Shown: piece after piece, positions 25,701 through 37,039 of the stretch
Layout: the number at the start of each line of letters is the position of its first letter
How positions within the stretch are numbered: the stretch's first letter is position 1
Origin: Takakia lepidozioides
Lineage: Eukaryota; Plantae; Bryophyta
Direction of reading: 5' to 3'
Assembly: GCA_030704615.1 (NCBI GenBank)
Contig: CM060731.1
Location: 36,146,001-36,210,000, forward strand
Length of the DNA stretch: 64,000 nt
Notes under the pieces: model-generated
Databases searched by the model: none
The model's input: the letters and a program-made list of their open reading frames with translations, nothing else
What the model was told of the DNA's origin: nothing
Translations under genes and position numbers: made by a program

Positions 25701-28589
25701 CGGAAGACCAAGGCAATGCGGCTCAACACTAATCTATGCAGAAAATCTACTAGTCATCATTCTACCCCAACTTCTGTAAAATTCTGCTGAATCTGTATTG
25801 TGATGTCTACTCCACAGTGGTCTACATCTTATTGCTGCATGAAAGGAAATATATAGGCATTGCCAAGGCCAGTATTCAAGCAAATTTTAGTCCCCTCACC
25901 TCTTCCTTGTCCTGTAGAGCTGCTTTTAGATCTTGTACTCTGCCATTCATCATGTCCATCTGCAAGGAGACGCCTTGTGAGTAATTCTTTCTTGACATGA
26001 GTTCTGCTCCATATCACAGCTGTTACTCCTTTCATCTGAAGGAGAAGGCCAGATCTGCTAGTAAATTCTATCCCTAAAACAATCCACAATTCAACTACAG
26101 ATGATCCAGTGTAATGGCACCCTGTGCCCCTGATGTTACTAAACATACGTAAAACTCATTTGCGACTGACCTTGTGGACCTGGGCAGCGAAGAATTTCTC
26201 TTTCTCTTCTGACTGCCTTTTCAACTTGGTAACGAGCTTCTGCTGTTCCACCAACTCCTGCACAAACTGTGCATTTTTGGCCTCCAAGAGAGCAATTTTG
26301 AGCTCCTTCTTCTCCACTTCCACATTCTGCCAAAAGAAATGGCACCTCTGTAAAGGGGCCTGGGACTGAGTGGGGGGTTGTCAGAATGTACTCATAACAC
26401 TTTGTTTGCCATAGCCTGCTCCCAGTTTCGGCAGAACAAAAGGGAGCAGAAACTACCTTCGTGAGGGGCTCACGATCCGGTAGTGTGACTTACCTTGATA
26501 TAGACAATTAGTTCAAGGTTCTTAGAGAGAATGTACTCACAAGATGTTGTTTGCGCTCAAAGAGCTTAAGGGACAAGCGAAGCATGAAACAAAAAAGAGA
26601 ATGGGCCCTCCACAAGCAGCCTGAAAACAACTATTGGTCAAGGGATTGTCTAAGAGTCAATGCCTCATGCAGAAATGAAATGAAATGGTGCTTTATAACG
26701 TCCGTGGAAAGCTCATAGAGCTTATGGGACAAAATGGAAAGAAAAACATAGGAAACCAGAGTCAAAGATAAGAACTATTGTTCGAGTGATTGTCTAAGGG
26801 TGAATGCCTCGTGCAGGTAGGCTGCCAAGCATTTCTGATCCTCACAGTGAAAGACCTCAGTGAGAGATTGGGTTCCACGGAATAGACAATGGAATCTCCC
26901 ATGGATCTCGTAGTATAGAGGGCAATAGAAGAAGAAGTGTTCTTCAGTTTCAATTTCCTGGTTGTGCCCTGTGCAAGCTGGACAGAGGCGGTCCTCCCGC
27001 TGCAGGGTTTCCCATCTGCCAGTCTCTATCCGTAGGTTGTGGGAGCCCACCCTGAACTGCCCCAAAGCCCTCAGGAGAGAAGGAGATAAAGATGCCGAAA
27101 GGTAATTGGGCCACAAGATTCTATCATCTCGGAGAATCTAGAATGTTTCTCGATAGAAATGGAGCTTTGTTGAGGTTGGCTAACTTCCAAGTTCTCCTGA
27201 CATGGCAGAAAGAAAGAACTTTATAACATCCTTGGAGAGAACAGAAAGAAAAAGAAATCTATCACATTGCGGAGAATTGGAGAGTGCATGGGACGAAGTT
27301 TTGGTCGTAACAGCTGGACTTGCCAAAGACGGGGAGTCTCTAAAGAGACAGTAGTATTGGTGTGCAGGACAGGAGAAAAAGAAAGCGAAATGTGTCTCTA
27401 CTTCCTAGGTGTCACAGACAGAGCTTCTAGCTTCAGACGCTTCTTATTCCAGAGCAAGAGAGAACGAGAGAGAGGGGGAGAAAGAGGTCCCTTTGCCTGT
27501 TTACAAAAGAAAACGAAAATATACACATGTCGAAATAATTGTGCCTCTGTCAATGTAATATTTGTACTGATCCTTTGTCTTCAAACCTTAAATTGATTCG
27601 TAGATGCTAGGGACCTACCTCCTCCTTTTGCCGCAGCTGGAGCACTCTCTGTAAATTGTCCTTATAGTCTCTCTCTTGCCTGCAACCCAGAGAATCAGAA
27701 GTCACAATAGCTCTAATAGTACCATTCCCTCCCAGGAACTAGCCAAACTGCCCGAAAAGATTTTTAGGATATTAAGCGAGAGGCTAAGGCTTCACGTGTG
27801 ACATGTTAAATCTGGGTGCAGCAAAATACCTATACATAGATTGATAACAAGCCCCATATGCAGACCACACTGTAGTCTAAGAAGCAAAACTACTCCACAT
27901 GGTCTGATATCCAGATTGCAGCTCCAACATTATTGGGTGAGTGAAGGGGAGGCTATGAGTTCAAAGGATCCACAGCACCTTTCAAGAGCACACTTTTTAT
28001 GATGCAATGCTTTCTGGAGCTGGAGAATCACATGGTCCTTGGACTTGAGAGCCTCCTCCCAATTATGGCGAGCATCCGCTGCCCTACTCACGACACGTAT
28101 ATATTGCTCTCGAAGCTCCACAAGCTGCAACTCTTTGTCATTTAGTGCAGCCCTCAAGCTCAACAATTGATTACCAAAAGAGGGTTGTCCTCCGAATTTC
28201 TGCTGTTTACGGAAGACAGGTTTCTTTCCATACATGAGCTCATCACTCCCAGAGCTCTCCTCATCGAAAGTTCTGCACGCACCATTACGAAGGCCATCCC
28301 CGTGGTCCAAGATATCCTCATCAAAAATATTAGGGGCGCCGTTTCGAAGGCCAGTCCTGCGGTCTAAGGTATCTTCGTTAAAATTTCGAGCTGTACGAAC
28401 GCCACCCCTGCGCTCTAAGATATCCTCATCAAAAATTCGAGTAGTACCATTGCGAATTCCGGCCCTGCGGCCTAAGACATCCTCGTCAAAGACTCTACAG
28501 GCACCGTTACGAACGCCAGCCTCGCGGCCATGACCGTTGCTGAGACCAGAGTCTCTCTTGTAGTATGCCTTGCCATTGGAAGTAAACAT
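19715..28589 (-). CDS. Large multi-exon coiled-coil protein of unknown function (about 16 exons; model approximate)
   Basis: Series of AG..GT-bounded open segments: 28589-~27978, ~27660-27619, ~26327-26177, ~26036-25880, ~25484-25368, ~25135-25063, ~24158-23993, ~23720-23607, ~23200-23038, ~22270-21960, ~21450-21296, ~21150-20582, ~20195-20058, ~19971-19849, 19723-19715. Heptad-rich peptides include QLLSLRAALNDKELQLVELREQY and KIALLEAKNAQFVQELVEQQKLVTKLK. Confidence 0.7.
20790..21065 (-). repeat. Coding tandem repeat, 84-nt/28-aa unit, about 3 copies
   Basis: EQDSHQEHRRQFELDNHLARRKHMEALKH repeated with few substitutions. Confidence 0.9.
26673..27204 (-). mobile_element. 5'-truncated RTE-X-like LINE (copy 3), intronic
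   Basis: ORF 26775-27116 nearly identical to copy 2 (FRVGSHNLRIETGRW..CPAC..EEHFFFYCPLY); (CATTT)n tail. Confidence 0.88.
28250..28530 (-). repeat. Coding tandem repeat, ~54-nt/18-aa unit, about 5 copies
   Basis: GVRNGACRVFDEDVLGRR / GIRNGTTRIFDEDILERR / GLRNGAPNIFDEDILDHG / GLRNGACRTFDEE. Confidence 0.85.
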
Positions 28590-29810
28590 GAGCAGGCAAG
28601 GTGCAGCCTTGAGCTTGGCTCACTTTAATGGCAGAATAGGCATCTCTTTGTACCGTTGGATAGTAAACTTTCTTCATGCTATGAAACGCACGAGACCAGA
28701 GGCCTTGTAAAGCGAGATTAAACATCCAGGTAACAAAACTTCTTCCAGACTGATAATCCTCATGTAACGAAGCTTATTACTAAGGTTTGATCAGATTTTC
28801 TGCGCCCGGAATCAGCATTTAGTACAAGCGACCCTATCGCTCTCACGCCACTCTGAAGCCGGACCTCTGAGAGAACCTTTTCTTGGCTGAGGAAGACGCT
28901 CTGCAAGTGATTATGTCTCAGATGAACAGCTAAGACAATGCTGGACTAACATTGCTAGGACGAACAAGAATGATTATAGGCTGCCACATCTATCAAAACC
29001 TCGAGACCTTGATAAACCTTCGTCTCGCCTTCAACTCGCACAGTTGTCCCAGAAGCCGCTCCTTCTCTTCCTCGATCGCTCCCTTCACCAATCCTCCTGG
29101 AATACTCCACCACAGGCCTTGAACCTCCAATTAAGGCAGTCTTGAAGAGCCCAAGCCAAAGGAGCTTTGGGAAGCTAGCTCTCAGCAGTCACCATTAGAA
29201 AATCAATGGATACAGCATAACGCTTTCAATACGCAACACGCCCTATCAGAGAGATCTCAACTCGCAAGACAAATCTCTCTCTCTCCTTCCATTGAGAACA
29301 GCAGAAAATCAAAATACCACTGATTGAGCCAGTTTCTTTACCTCAACGACAAGAATTTATCAAGGACAACATATTTGCAGCCAAATGTTGAAGTAGAAGG
29401 CATGCAAATTGATCACTCTCTGTTCTTCCAGCCTCTCTGGTAGAGTTACTCTCTCGAACACACACACACACACTCCCTCTCTCTCTCTGCAGTGTGGAGA
29501 GAACGTTGGTTTCAACCGCTAAAAAATCGGGGTGTCTGCCATTGGAACACGTGGCGGAACAAACCTTTCGGGACGTCATTACCAGACCTCGTGCTATTGG
29601 CCAACACCCTTGATCGCCCAGGGTGGCACTTCCTCGATATTGCGATGGATGAGCGGTTCAATCGTTAACAGCCCTGTCACTTACATCCATGACTATTCGG
29701 TGAAGCGTTTGGAGGGGCCTGTAGTTCATTTTCTACTTTGGACAGGCCATTGTCAGGTGGGGGGCATTTGATTGTTGTTCTGTGGTCATTCTTGCGAATA
29801 TCGTAAATAC

Positions 29811-30262
29811 CAGTGTTGGACTGGTATATAGGTGAAGGACTGGTATATGCACTGGTATTAGATACCAGACCAGGCTGGTATCAGTTCTTTCATACCAGCC
29901 ACAATACCAGTACTCCCCCACCGTCTTCCTCATTTACTCTAGTATGTATACTGAATTAATTTATGTGTACATATGCCTATATATTTGTACTTGAGTATAT
30001 TTATTTCTTTATGTATATTTTATTTGTTTTCACTTGATACTTGCTATTTGATAAATTTGCAACTCAAGATGGCTTTGGAGTGATACCAGAGTTGATATCT
30101 CATACCAATTGGTATTGTGGTCATGATACTCATATTCATACCAGTATCTGGGAAAAAAATACATCCACCATTATATAAACCAGACTGGTATGAAAATTTT
30201 GTGATACGTCTGGTACCAGGACCAATCTGGTATGTAAAAAACTTGATACCAGTCGAACATTG
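29811..30262. mobile_element. hAT-family MITE, 452 bp
   Basis: 17-bp TIRs CAGTGTTGGACTGGTAT / ATACCAGTCGAACATTG (2 mismatches); perfect 8-bp TSD GTAAATAC (29803-29810, 30263-30270); ATACCAG subterminal motifs. Confidence 0.93.
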
Positions 30263-30689
30263 GTAAATACCTGCGTGAGAAATTTTAGTGTAAATATTCC
30301 CGTAATTTCCTGCCTTACATCTAGGTACGCCTGTAAGGTGATGCCTTACGCGTGTAAGATGTTCCCTAGCCTTACGTGTGTAAGCACCCCTAAGGTTCAT
30401 TTCTTTTTCTTTTTTCTTTTTATACTAATTAGACTTTAATACATGTAAGTTGTGTGCAACCGTTGCAGTGGCACCTTGATCATAAATTTCAATCTTACAA
30501 TGTAAAACTAATAAACTCCTAATAAAATCAATCCAAAGTCAATTTGAATCTCTACTGAAAAGGTAGATAGTGCCAAGTAAATACCCTTGAAAGGATCAGA
30601 TAGATAGTAGTATCAAGTAAATTCCCAAAAATGGGAAAATAGTATCGTGCAAAAATCCAATGAACCCCACATATCGGTAAAGTATGTCA

Positions 30690-31100
30690 ACAAATTGTTT
30701 GCACAGTAACTATAGTGAATTTATCCATTTTCCAATTTTTTTCAAAATTTCTCTTGGCACCTAGATCTGTAATATTCAAAGTAATGTGGCAGTTTTGCAG
30801 ATTAGAAAAATTGTGCCCCACATGAGACGAAGAATTAGCATTAGTATCTTGAGTTCTCGATGGTAGCTTATTCTCTTTCCCCTTCATTACCTTGCATTTA
30901 AAAACTTCCATGGCATCTTAAAACACATCATTAACATCAACACTTTCCCAAAAGCTATCATCAAAGTAGCTTTGAAGCTAACCAATCTTGCTTTTCTTTT
31001 CTGCAACCGTGACACTTACTAGAGTAACACCCACATTATTAGTTGCATTTTCTCCATCATGATCTTCATTGCCGCTATAAGTTGATTGTGATATCGGGTT
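30690..31100 (-). pseudogene. Degraded coding fragment, possibly the C-terminal tail of the tyrosine-recombinase gene
   Basis: Frame with in-frame stops reading ..SYFDDSFWESVDVNDVF*DAMEVFK..NFSNLQNCHITLNI; same strand and colinear with the YR fragments; an F-x-N..NC-x-I tail is recalled for DUF3504-type proteins. Confidence 0.35.
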
Positions 31101-31779
31101 GTGAGATTCCATTACAAATTGAGTAAGATGATAATTATCCGTCCCACTAGAAAATCCGTCACTGCACCTGAACTAGCTCGACTATATCTGGAAGCAGTCT
31201 ATTCCCATCATGGGCTATCTAAAGTTCTCATTACTGACTTGTTTGGGAAAAGCTTATTTGGTACTTTTAAAACCAAATTAGCTATGTCAACAGCCTATCA
31301 TCCGGAGTCAGATGGACAGACAGAGCGAACGAATCGTACAATTGAAGACATGTTGCGGGCCTTTACGTTAAAAGAACAAGAAGAGTGGGATTGGTTATTA
31401 CCAATGTTGTGCGGTTCTTGCCATATTGAAGGAACCACCGGTTCCGGTTTCTTGGTAGATTTAAAGAGGCGGTTCCGGTTCCAGTTCCGGTTCCAAAATT
31501 CATGAACAGATTCCGGTGCCGGTTCCGGGTATTTTTTGGGAAAGATCCGCCGGTTCCAGTTTCCGGTTCCGGTTCTCTATTTTTTTTAATATAAATAGAG
31601 ATCGTTTGTTTATAAATCTGAAAATGATTTGTAAATCTCCATTAGTTATATCAAATATTTTGACCATGTTGAAAAGAAACAACACAACATTCATAAACAA
31701 AATTATGAAATAATAATAATACAATGTAAGCGAGTATAAATCAATGTGTGTAGAGTAGTGTAGAGTACACAAATAAATC

Positions 31780-33430
31780 GTTCTATCTCAAACAACTCGG
31801 CCTTTGTAATCAACTCCTTGTTGTCACCTAAGAGGACTTCATCACTGTTCAAAAACTCGTTCATGGAAAAGCTCATGCAACCAACACGAGCATCATTCGG
31901 CAATTATTGACAATGCTCACAAGTATATCAAGGTTCTGAACACCTAACTTGCAACGTCGCAAGTTTGTAATAACACCTGCAATGTTAAAAATCCTCTCAC
32001 ATTCAATCTGAGACCCAACAATGCCCAACAAGAGACGTGCCAAATACCCCACATATGGAAATACAGATTCGTGCTCTTTCCACCATTTCAAAGGAGCACT
32101 ACACTCAATGTCAAGTGACCTTTTGCCTTCAGAAATGCACAAGCTGATCTCTCACCACCATCAATGCCATATCCTCACATGGCTCCTCCAAACCAAACAA
32201 TGACATGTCATCCTGAGTGGAATCTGGCTCCGGCTAGGTCGTAGTATCCGGATGAAGAATCTTGAAACATTTGATCAGAAGAGGCTCCAACACCAAAGTG
32301 TCATATTGTCGAACAATGATATGTCCATGTTCTCTGCCCACATATTGTGTCACCGAGGACAATCCCTTGAAATGCGGATCAACCATCAACGCCAACATAT
32401 TGTGGGCTTTCAATGGTTGAACTCCTTCCAAAAATGAGAGAAATGGCCCCAATACATGCACCACCTCCTGAGCCATCCGTCATTCTATCAATTGCAACTC
32501 TGCATCAAATCCCTAATGCGATAATCCATTGTACCCAACCTTTGAACACTCTCTGCTCGCATGCATACACAAGTTGTAATGTTGCAGCAAGAGCATTAGA
32601 CAATAGGCAGTATCCGCTTGACTGGTTCATAACACACTCATGAACCATAGGTCCGAGAACCGTGGAAATAGACTTTGCAATTGCCCACACTTGTGGGCTT
32701 GGTATGCGAGATTGCAAAGACAGTGAAGCCTACCTAGAATAACAAGTAATGATGGCTTGCCAAAATTCCAAAGTTTCTTGAAAGATAATCACTTTGGAAG
32801 CAATCCTGGTTTTCACTAGAGTCTTCAGCTTGCGATAATGAATGTCACTATCAACACATGCTGCATTCTATTCTTGCATTTCATTTCCACTCTTCTTGGT
32901 CCAAGTGATGGTCTTCTGTAACTCTGATTGAGCATCTTTTATAGACACAACCCTCATATCCATGCACACCTTTGCATCAGTCGTGACATATTGACAATAC
33001 TTGGATATTGCATGTCTAAAACAACTTCCCACAAAGATGACAAAACACACACCTCGTATATTGCGGGAGTATTGCATCTACTGGACCCGCATTGGCAATT
33101 GCATAAAATGCCAATGACGAAGCAGTATGATTGTAAGGTTTCCAAAAATGACGTTGCTTGCGTAGGGTAGAAAACTGCTCTTCCTCGGACATTGAGCTGA
33201 TTGAATATTGTGATATTGTTGAAGACCCACCGACCGCTGAAGTGAGAGGAATTGATGATGCACATAACGTAGGACAAACTTCCATAGCTCCCGCATTGTT
33301 GATATTTGGTGTCATGAACAATACATCTCTCCAGTTCTTCAAAGATGTTGGGCTCCATACGTTGCAAATGGCTGGATACACTCCCTGAATCAAATTAATC
33401 CCAATCCAACCCAATTCACGCTTAAACATT
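31780..33430 (-). pseudogene. hAT transposase pseudogene
   Basis: hATC dimerisation motif PLKWWKEHE..LARLLLGIVGSQIECERIFNIAG, plus HNMLALMVDPHFK and LQKTITWTKKSG; many stops and frameshifts. Confidence 0.9.
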
Positions 33431-34225
33431 CATACAATGCAAATTTGTAATATAATTATACCAATGTGAGAGCCTAGTAAACTGCACAACACTACACATA
33501 GGGAGGCTAGTTTTATGACATTAAATAGGGGGGCTAGTCTTATGACAATAAATAGTAAATATCCAATCCCACAGGTAGAGCCAAATATTAAAGCAAGGGC
33601 ATACATACAAGCTCTTGGGTGGCACAAGCACTCATACATTCAAAGTAGAACACATATATATAAATGTAAGATAGGTCATTTCAGTCATTTCAGTCATTCA
33701 ACCCATTTAGGCACCATGACAGATCCTCAAATGTGGAAATTTAGTTTTCAGGTATCATGAGTGGTATCAAATGCACACTAGGTAGACCTCTTTCAGATTT
33801 CCTAATGCTATCATAAGCCATTGGCAACAGTAGACTAGCCAAGAGAGCATGTACATTGACCATTTTCAGATCTCCTAATGCTAACACAAGACACTGGCTA
33901 CAGTAGAGCAGCCAAGCTACTTGATTGCATGACTTTGCCATTCAAGGAAAAAAATAAAAATAAAAAAATAAATAAAAATGGCTAAAAGGGCCTACCACAA
34001 GTTGCTTGGTTGCATTAATTCGCCATGAAAAGAAGAAGAAAGAAAGAGCTGCCTACGCTACTACCTCCCCTCCTGCGCTGCTTCGGCCTCCCCCACGCGC
34101 TGAGGCGTTGTTCCATCCCCCGCGCTGATGCTCGCGCTGCTGCAGAACATCCCGCAGGTGGAGGTATGAGACCACAAAAATAGGAAAACCAAACCAAATA
34201 AAATAAAATAAAATAAAAAAATGTT

Positions 34226-34650
34226 GCTACCTCGCCCCGCGCTGCTCCCTCCCCCACACGCTGGTGCGCTGATCTGATACCTCCTCCCGCGCTGCTCCCT
34301 CCCCCACGCGCTGGTGCGCTGATTTGATCCATCCTCCCGCGCTGTTATGCGCTGCTCCCTCCCCCACACGTTGGTGCGTTGATCTAATCTCTCCTCCCGC
34401 GCTGTTATGCGCTGCTCCCTCCCCCACGTGCTGGTGTGCTGATTTAATCCATCCTCTCGCGCTGCTATGCGCTGCTCCCTCCCCCACGCGCTGGTGCGCT
34501 GATCTGATCCCTCTTCCCACGCTGCTCCCTCCCCCACGCGCTAGTGCGCTGATCTGATCTTTCTTCCCGCGCTGCTCCCTCCCCCACGCGCTAGTGCGCT
34601 GATCTGATCCCTCTTCCCGCGCTACTATGCGCTGCTCCCTCCCCCGCGCT
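34226..34650. repeat. GC-rich minisatellite inside the hAT element (about 8 units of 49-60 bp)
   Basis: Core GCGCTGCTCCCTCCCCCACGCGCTGGTGCGCTGATCTGATC repeated in tandem. Confidence 0.9.
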
Positions 34651-35676
34651 GAAGTCGTGCTACTACAGCAGATCGCGAATGAGAGACGACAGATCGCGGG
34701 GGAAAAACAAAACAAAAAAAAAACAAAAAAAAACCCCTAGTGCGAGAACCAGATTCGGAACCGCCACTAACCCCCCGGTTCCAATTCGAAGCCGGTGCTT
34801 GGAAAAACTCGCACCCGCCGGTTCCGGTTTTAGAACCGGCTCGTCCCTGCTCCCCCAGTTCCGGTTCCGGTTCCAGTACCGGTTCCCAGGAACCGAGACC
34901 GGAACCGCCGGTTCAACCCGCGTAAGCGGGTACCCGCACAACACTGGTTATTACCTTGGTAGAATTTTCATACAATAACTTGGTCAACGCGTCAACGAAA
35001 GAAACTTATTTCTTTTTAATGTATGGCGAACACCCAAATATGCCAACAACTCTCACAAAGTTCAAGTTACCAAATGAGGATTTATCCAAGGTAGCCGCGA
35101 CTAATGCATTTGTGCAACAAATTCGACGGGGAGTACGTCAAGCTAAAGAGAAGATGATAGTTGCCCAAAATCGCCAAAAGCAGTATGCAAATGCACATCG
35201 ACGAGATAAGGAGTTTGCAGTTGGGGATCAAGTGTGGTTGTCTATAACCAATTTACACATCATTGGATCGCGAAAACTAGAGGCACGGTTCATTAGTCTT
35301 TTTTCGATCATTAAACGTATTGGAGCAGTAGCATACAAGCTGGAGTTACCACCACATATGAAGATCCACCCGGTGTTTCATGTCTCTCTACTACATCGTT
35401 ACGAACCTCGACCACTATTCAAAGATAGTCAAGAACCACAACCATTACCAAATTTAATAGACGGAAATAAAGAGTGGGAGGTTGACCATTTTCTGAAAAA
35501 ACGCATAGACAAACGAGGGCGACATGAGGTGTTGGTGTATTTGGTTTTATGGAAAAAAAATTTATTACATGAAGCTACCTGAGAACCGGTGCAAAATCTT
35601 GTAAATGCTCAAATGACAATTTAAACTTTTGAAAATTCGAAGAACGAGGACATTGCTTCTTGAAAGAGGGGAGGAT

Positions 35677-35965
35677 TGTAACAGGGTAGAATCTAGAAGG
35701 TTCTAGATGGAGGAGGAAAGTTCCCTAGAAGTTTCCAAAATAACTAGGAAGGTTCCTAGGAAGTATGACTTAAGGAAGGCTAACTTGAGGCTCTCAAGTC
35801 AAACATATAAGGTATTTATATTATGGAGAGTAGGTCAAACCTTTAAAATAATCATATTGTGAAGGGTATATAAACATGCAATGAAAGCCTGGAAGGCATC
35901 AAGTTGTTTTGGGAAAAAGTTGAGAAGTACTTATATTCTAGTTTGTGTAGATCCTGGGTGTTACA
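35677..35965 (+). repeat. 3' LTR (289 bp) of the Gypsy element
   Basis: TGTAACA...TGTTACA termini directly after the polypurine tract. Confidence 0.85.
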
Positions 35966-36127
35966 AATAGACATGTAAAGTATAATGAAATTAGATCTCA
36001 TTATGAACGAATAGCACATCCTTTCAATGAATAGGTATGAGTGTGAACTGCTGACCTATGCTGCATATTGCAAACAAGATGACAACATTTTGAGCGGCAA
36101 TTACCAAAAATAAATAAATAAAATCTA

Positions 36128-36992
36128 TTGAAAGTGGTAGGCGGCACAACAGCCACTTTTAGTGGCATAAGCAAGCCATCCCCAAACAAACCCTAAACAA
36201 AACGCCTGAAAGTAGTGTACACCGCATACCACTTTCAGTGGCATCTGCGGGAGAAAAAAACAAAACAAAAAAAAACATTAAGAAACCCTAGAAACCCTAA
36301 AAAACCTACAAAAATCTAAGAAAAACCCCCAAAAAGAAAAAAAAAAGAAAAAAAAGAAAAAACCTGAAAAGGGGTGTGCGCACTCCTATTTCACTGGCAC
36401 TGCACACTAAAAAAATCCTAAAAACAAAAACAAAAACAAAAAACACCAAAAATTTAAAAAAAAACCCGGAAAAGGGGTGTGCGGCACCGCATACCTCTTT
36501 CAGTGGCACTGCATACTAAAATAAAAACCCTAAAAAACCCCAAAAAAAGAAATACAAAACTCCTGAAAAAGGGTTGCGGCACCGCACACCTCTTTCAGTG
36601 GCACCGCACATCCAGGAAAAAAACCCTAAAAAGACCCTAAAAACATTTAAAACCCCTTAAAAACCTTAAAAAAAACCAAAAAATAAAAAAATAAAAACCC
36701 TGAAAAGGGGTGTGCGGCACCGCACACCAAAAAAATAACCCTAAAAAACCTAAAAAAACCTTAAAAAAACCCCAGAACATGAAACAAAAACCCATGAAAA
36801 TGGGTGTGCGGCACCGCACACCTCTTTCAGTGGCACCGCACACTAAAAGAACCCTAGGTAAACCCTAAAAACCCTAAAAAAAATCTAAAAAAACCTTAAA
36901 ATCCCCAAAACAGAAAATTCCACATTCAGTGGCATCTGCGGGGAAATTAAAACCCCCCTAAGAACCTCCTAAGAAAACCCTAAAAACCCTAA
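36128..36992. repeat. Array of 7-8 ~40-bp palindromic units separated by A-rich spacers containing AAACCCTA
   Basis: Consensus TGAAAAGGGGTGTGCGG-CA-CCGCACACCTCTTTCAGTGGCA at ~36130, 36207, 36365, 36468, 36564, 36701, 36795 and partial at ~36915. Confidence 0.85.
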
Positions 36993-37039
36993 TCAATATC
37001 GGTTGGATCATTGGCAACTATGCTCTTCATATAACCTTG

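Larger units (their letters stand above)
31402..34946 (-). mobile_element. hAT DNA transposon, 3545 bp, both ends intact, transposase decayed
   Basis: TIRs CAATGTTGTGCGG / CCGCACAACACTG; perfect 8-bp TSD GTTATTAC (31394-31401, 34947-34954); CCGGTT/GGAACCG subterminal repeats at both ends. Confidence 0.95.
31101..35965 (+). mobile_element. Ty3/Gypsy chromovirus 3' half (integrase, chromodomain, PPT, 3' LTR), interrupted by a hAT element; 5' half absent
   Basis: Integrase STAYHPESDGQTERTNRTIEDMLR (31101-31401) continues as VEFSYNN..AYKLELPPHMKIHPVFHVSLL and chromodomain EWEV..YLVLWK..EAT*EP (34955-35630); PPT AAGAGGGGAGGA just before the LTR. Confidence 0.93.

Noticed and set aside
34015-34978. 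Several overlapping 80-160 aa ORFs
   Set aside because: Artefacts of the GC-rich minisatellite and hAT subterminal repeats.
36128-36992. CRISPR array or integron cassette array
   Set aside because: Eukaryotic context, no cas genes; spacers are mutually similar low-complexity A tracts of variable length without ORFs.
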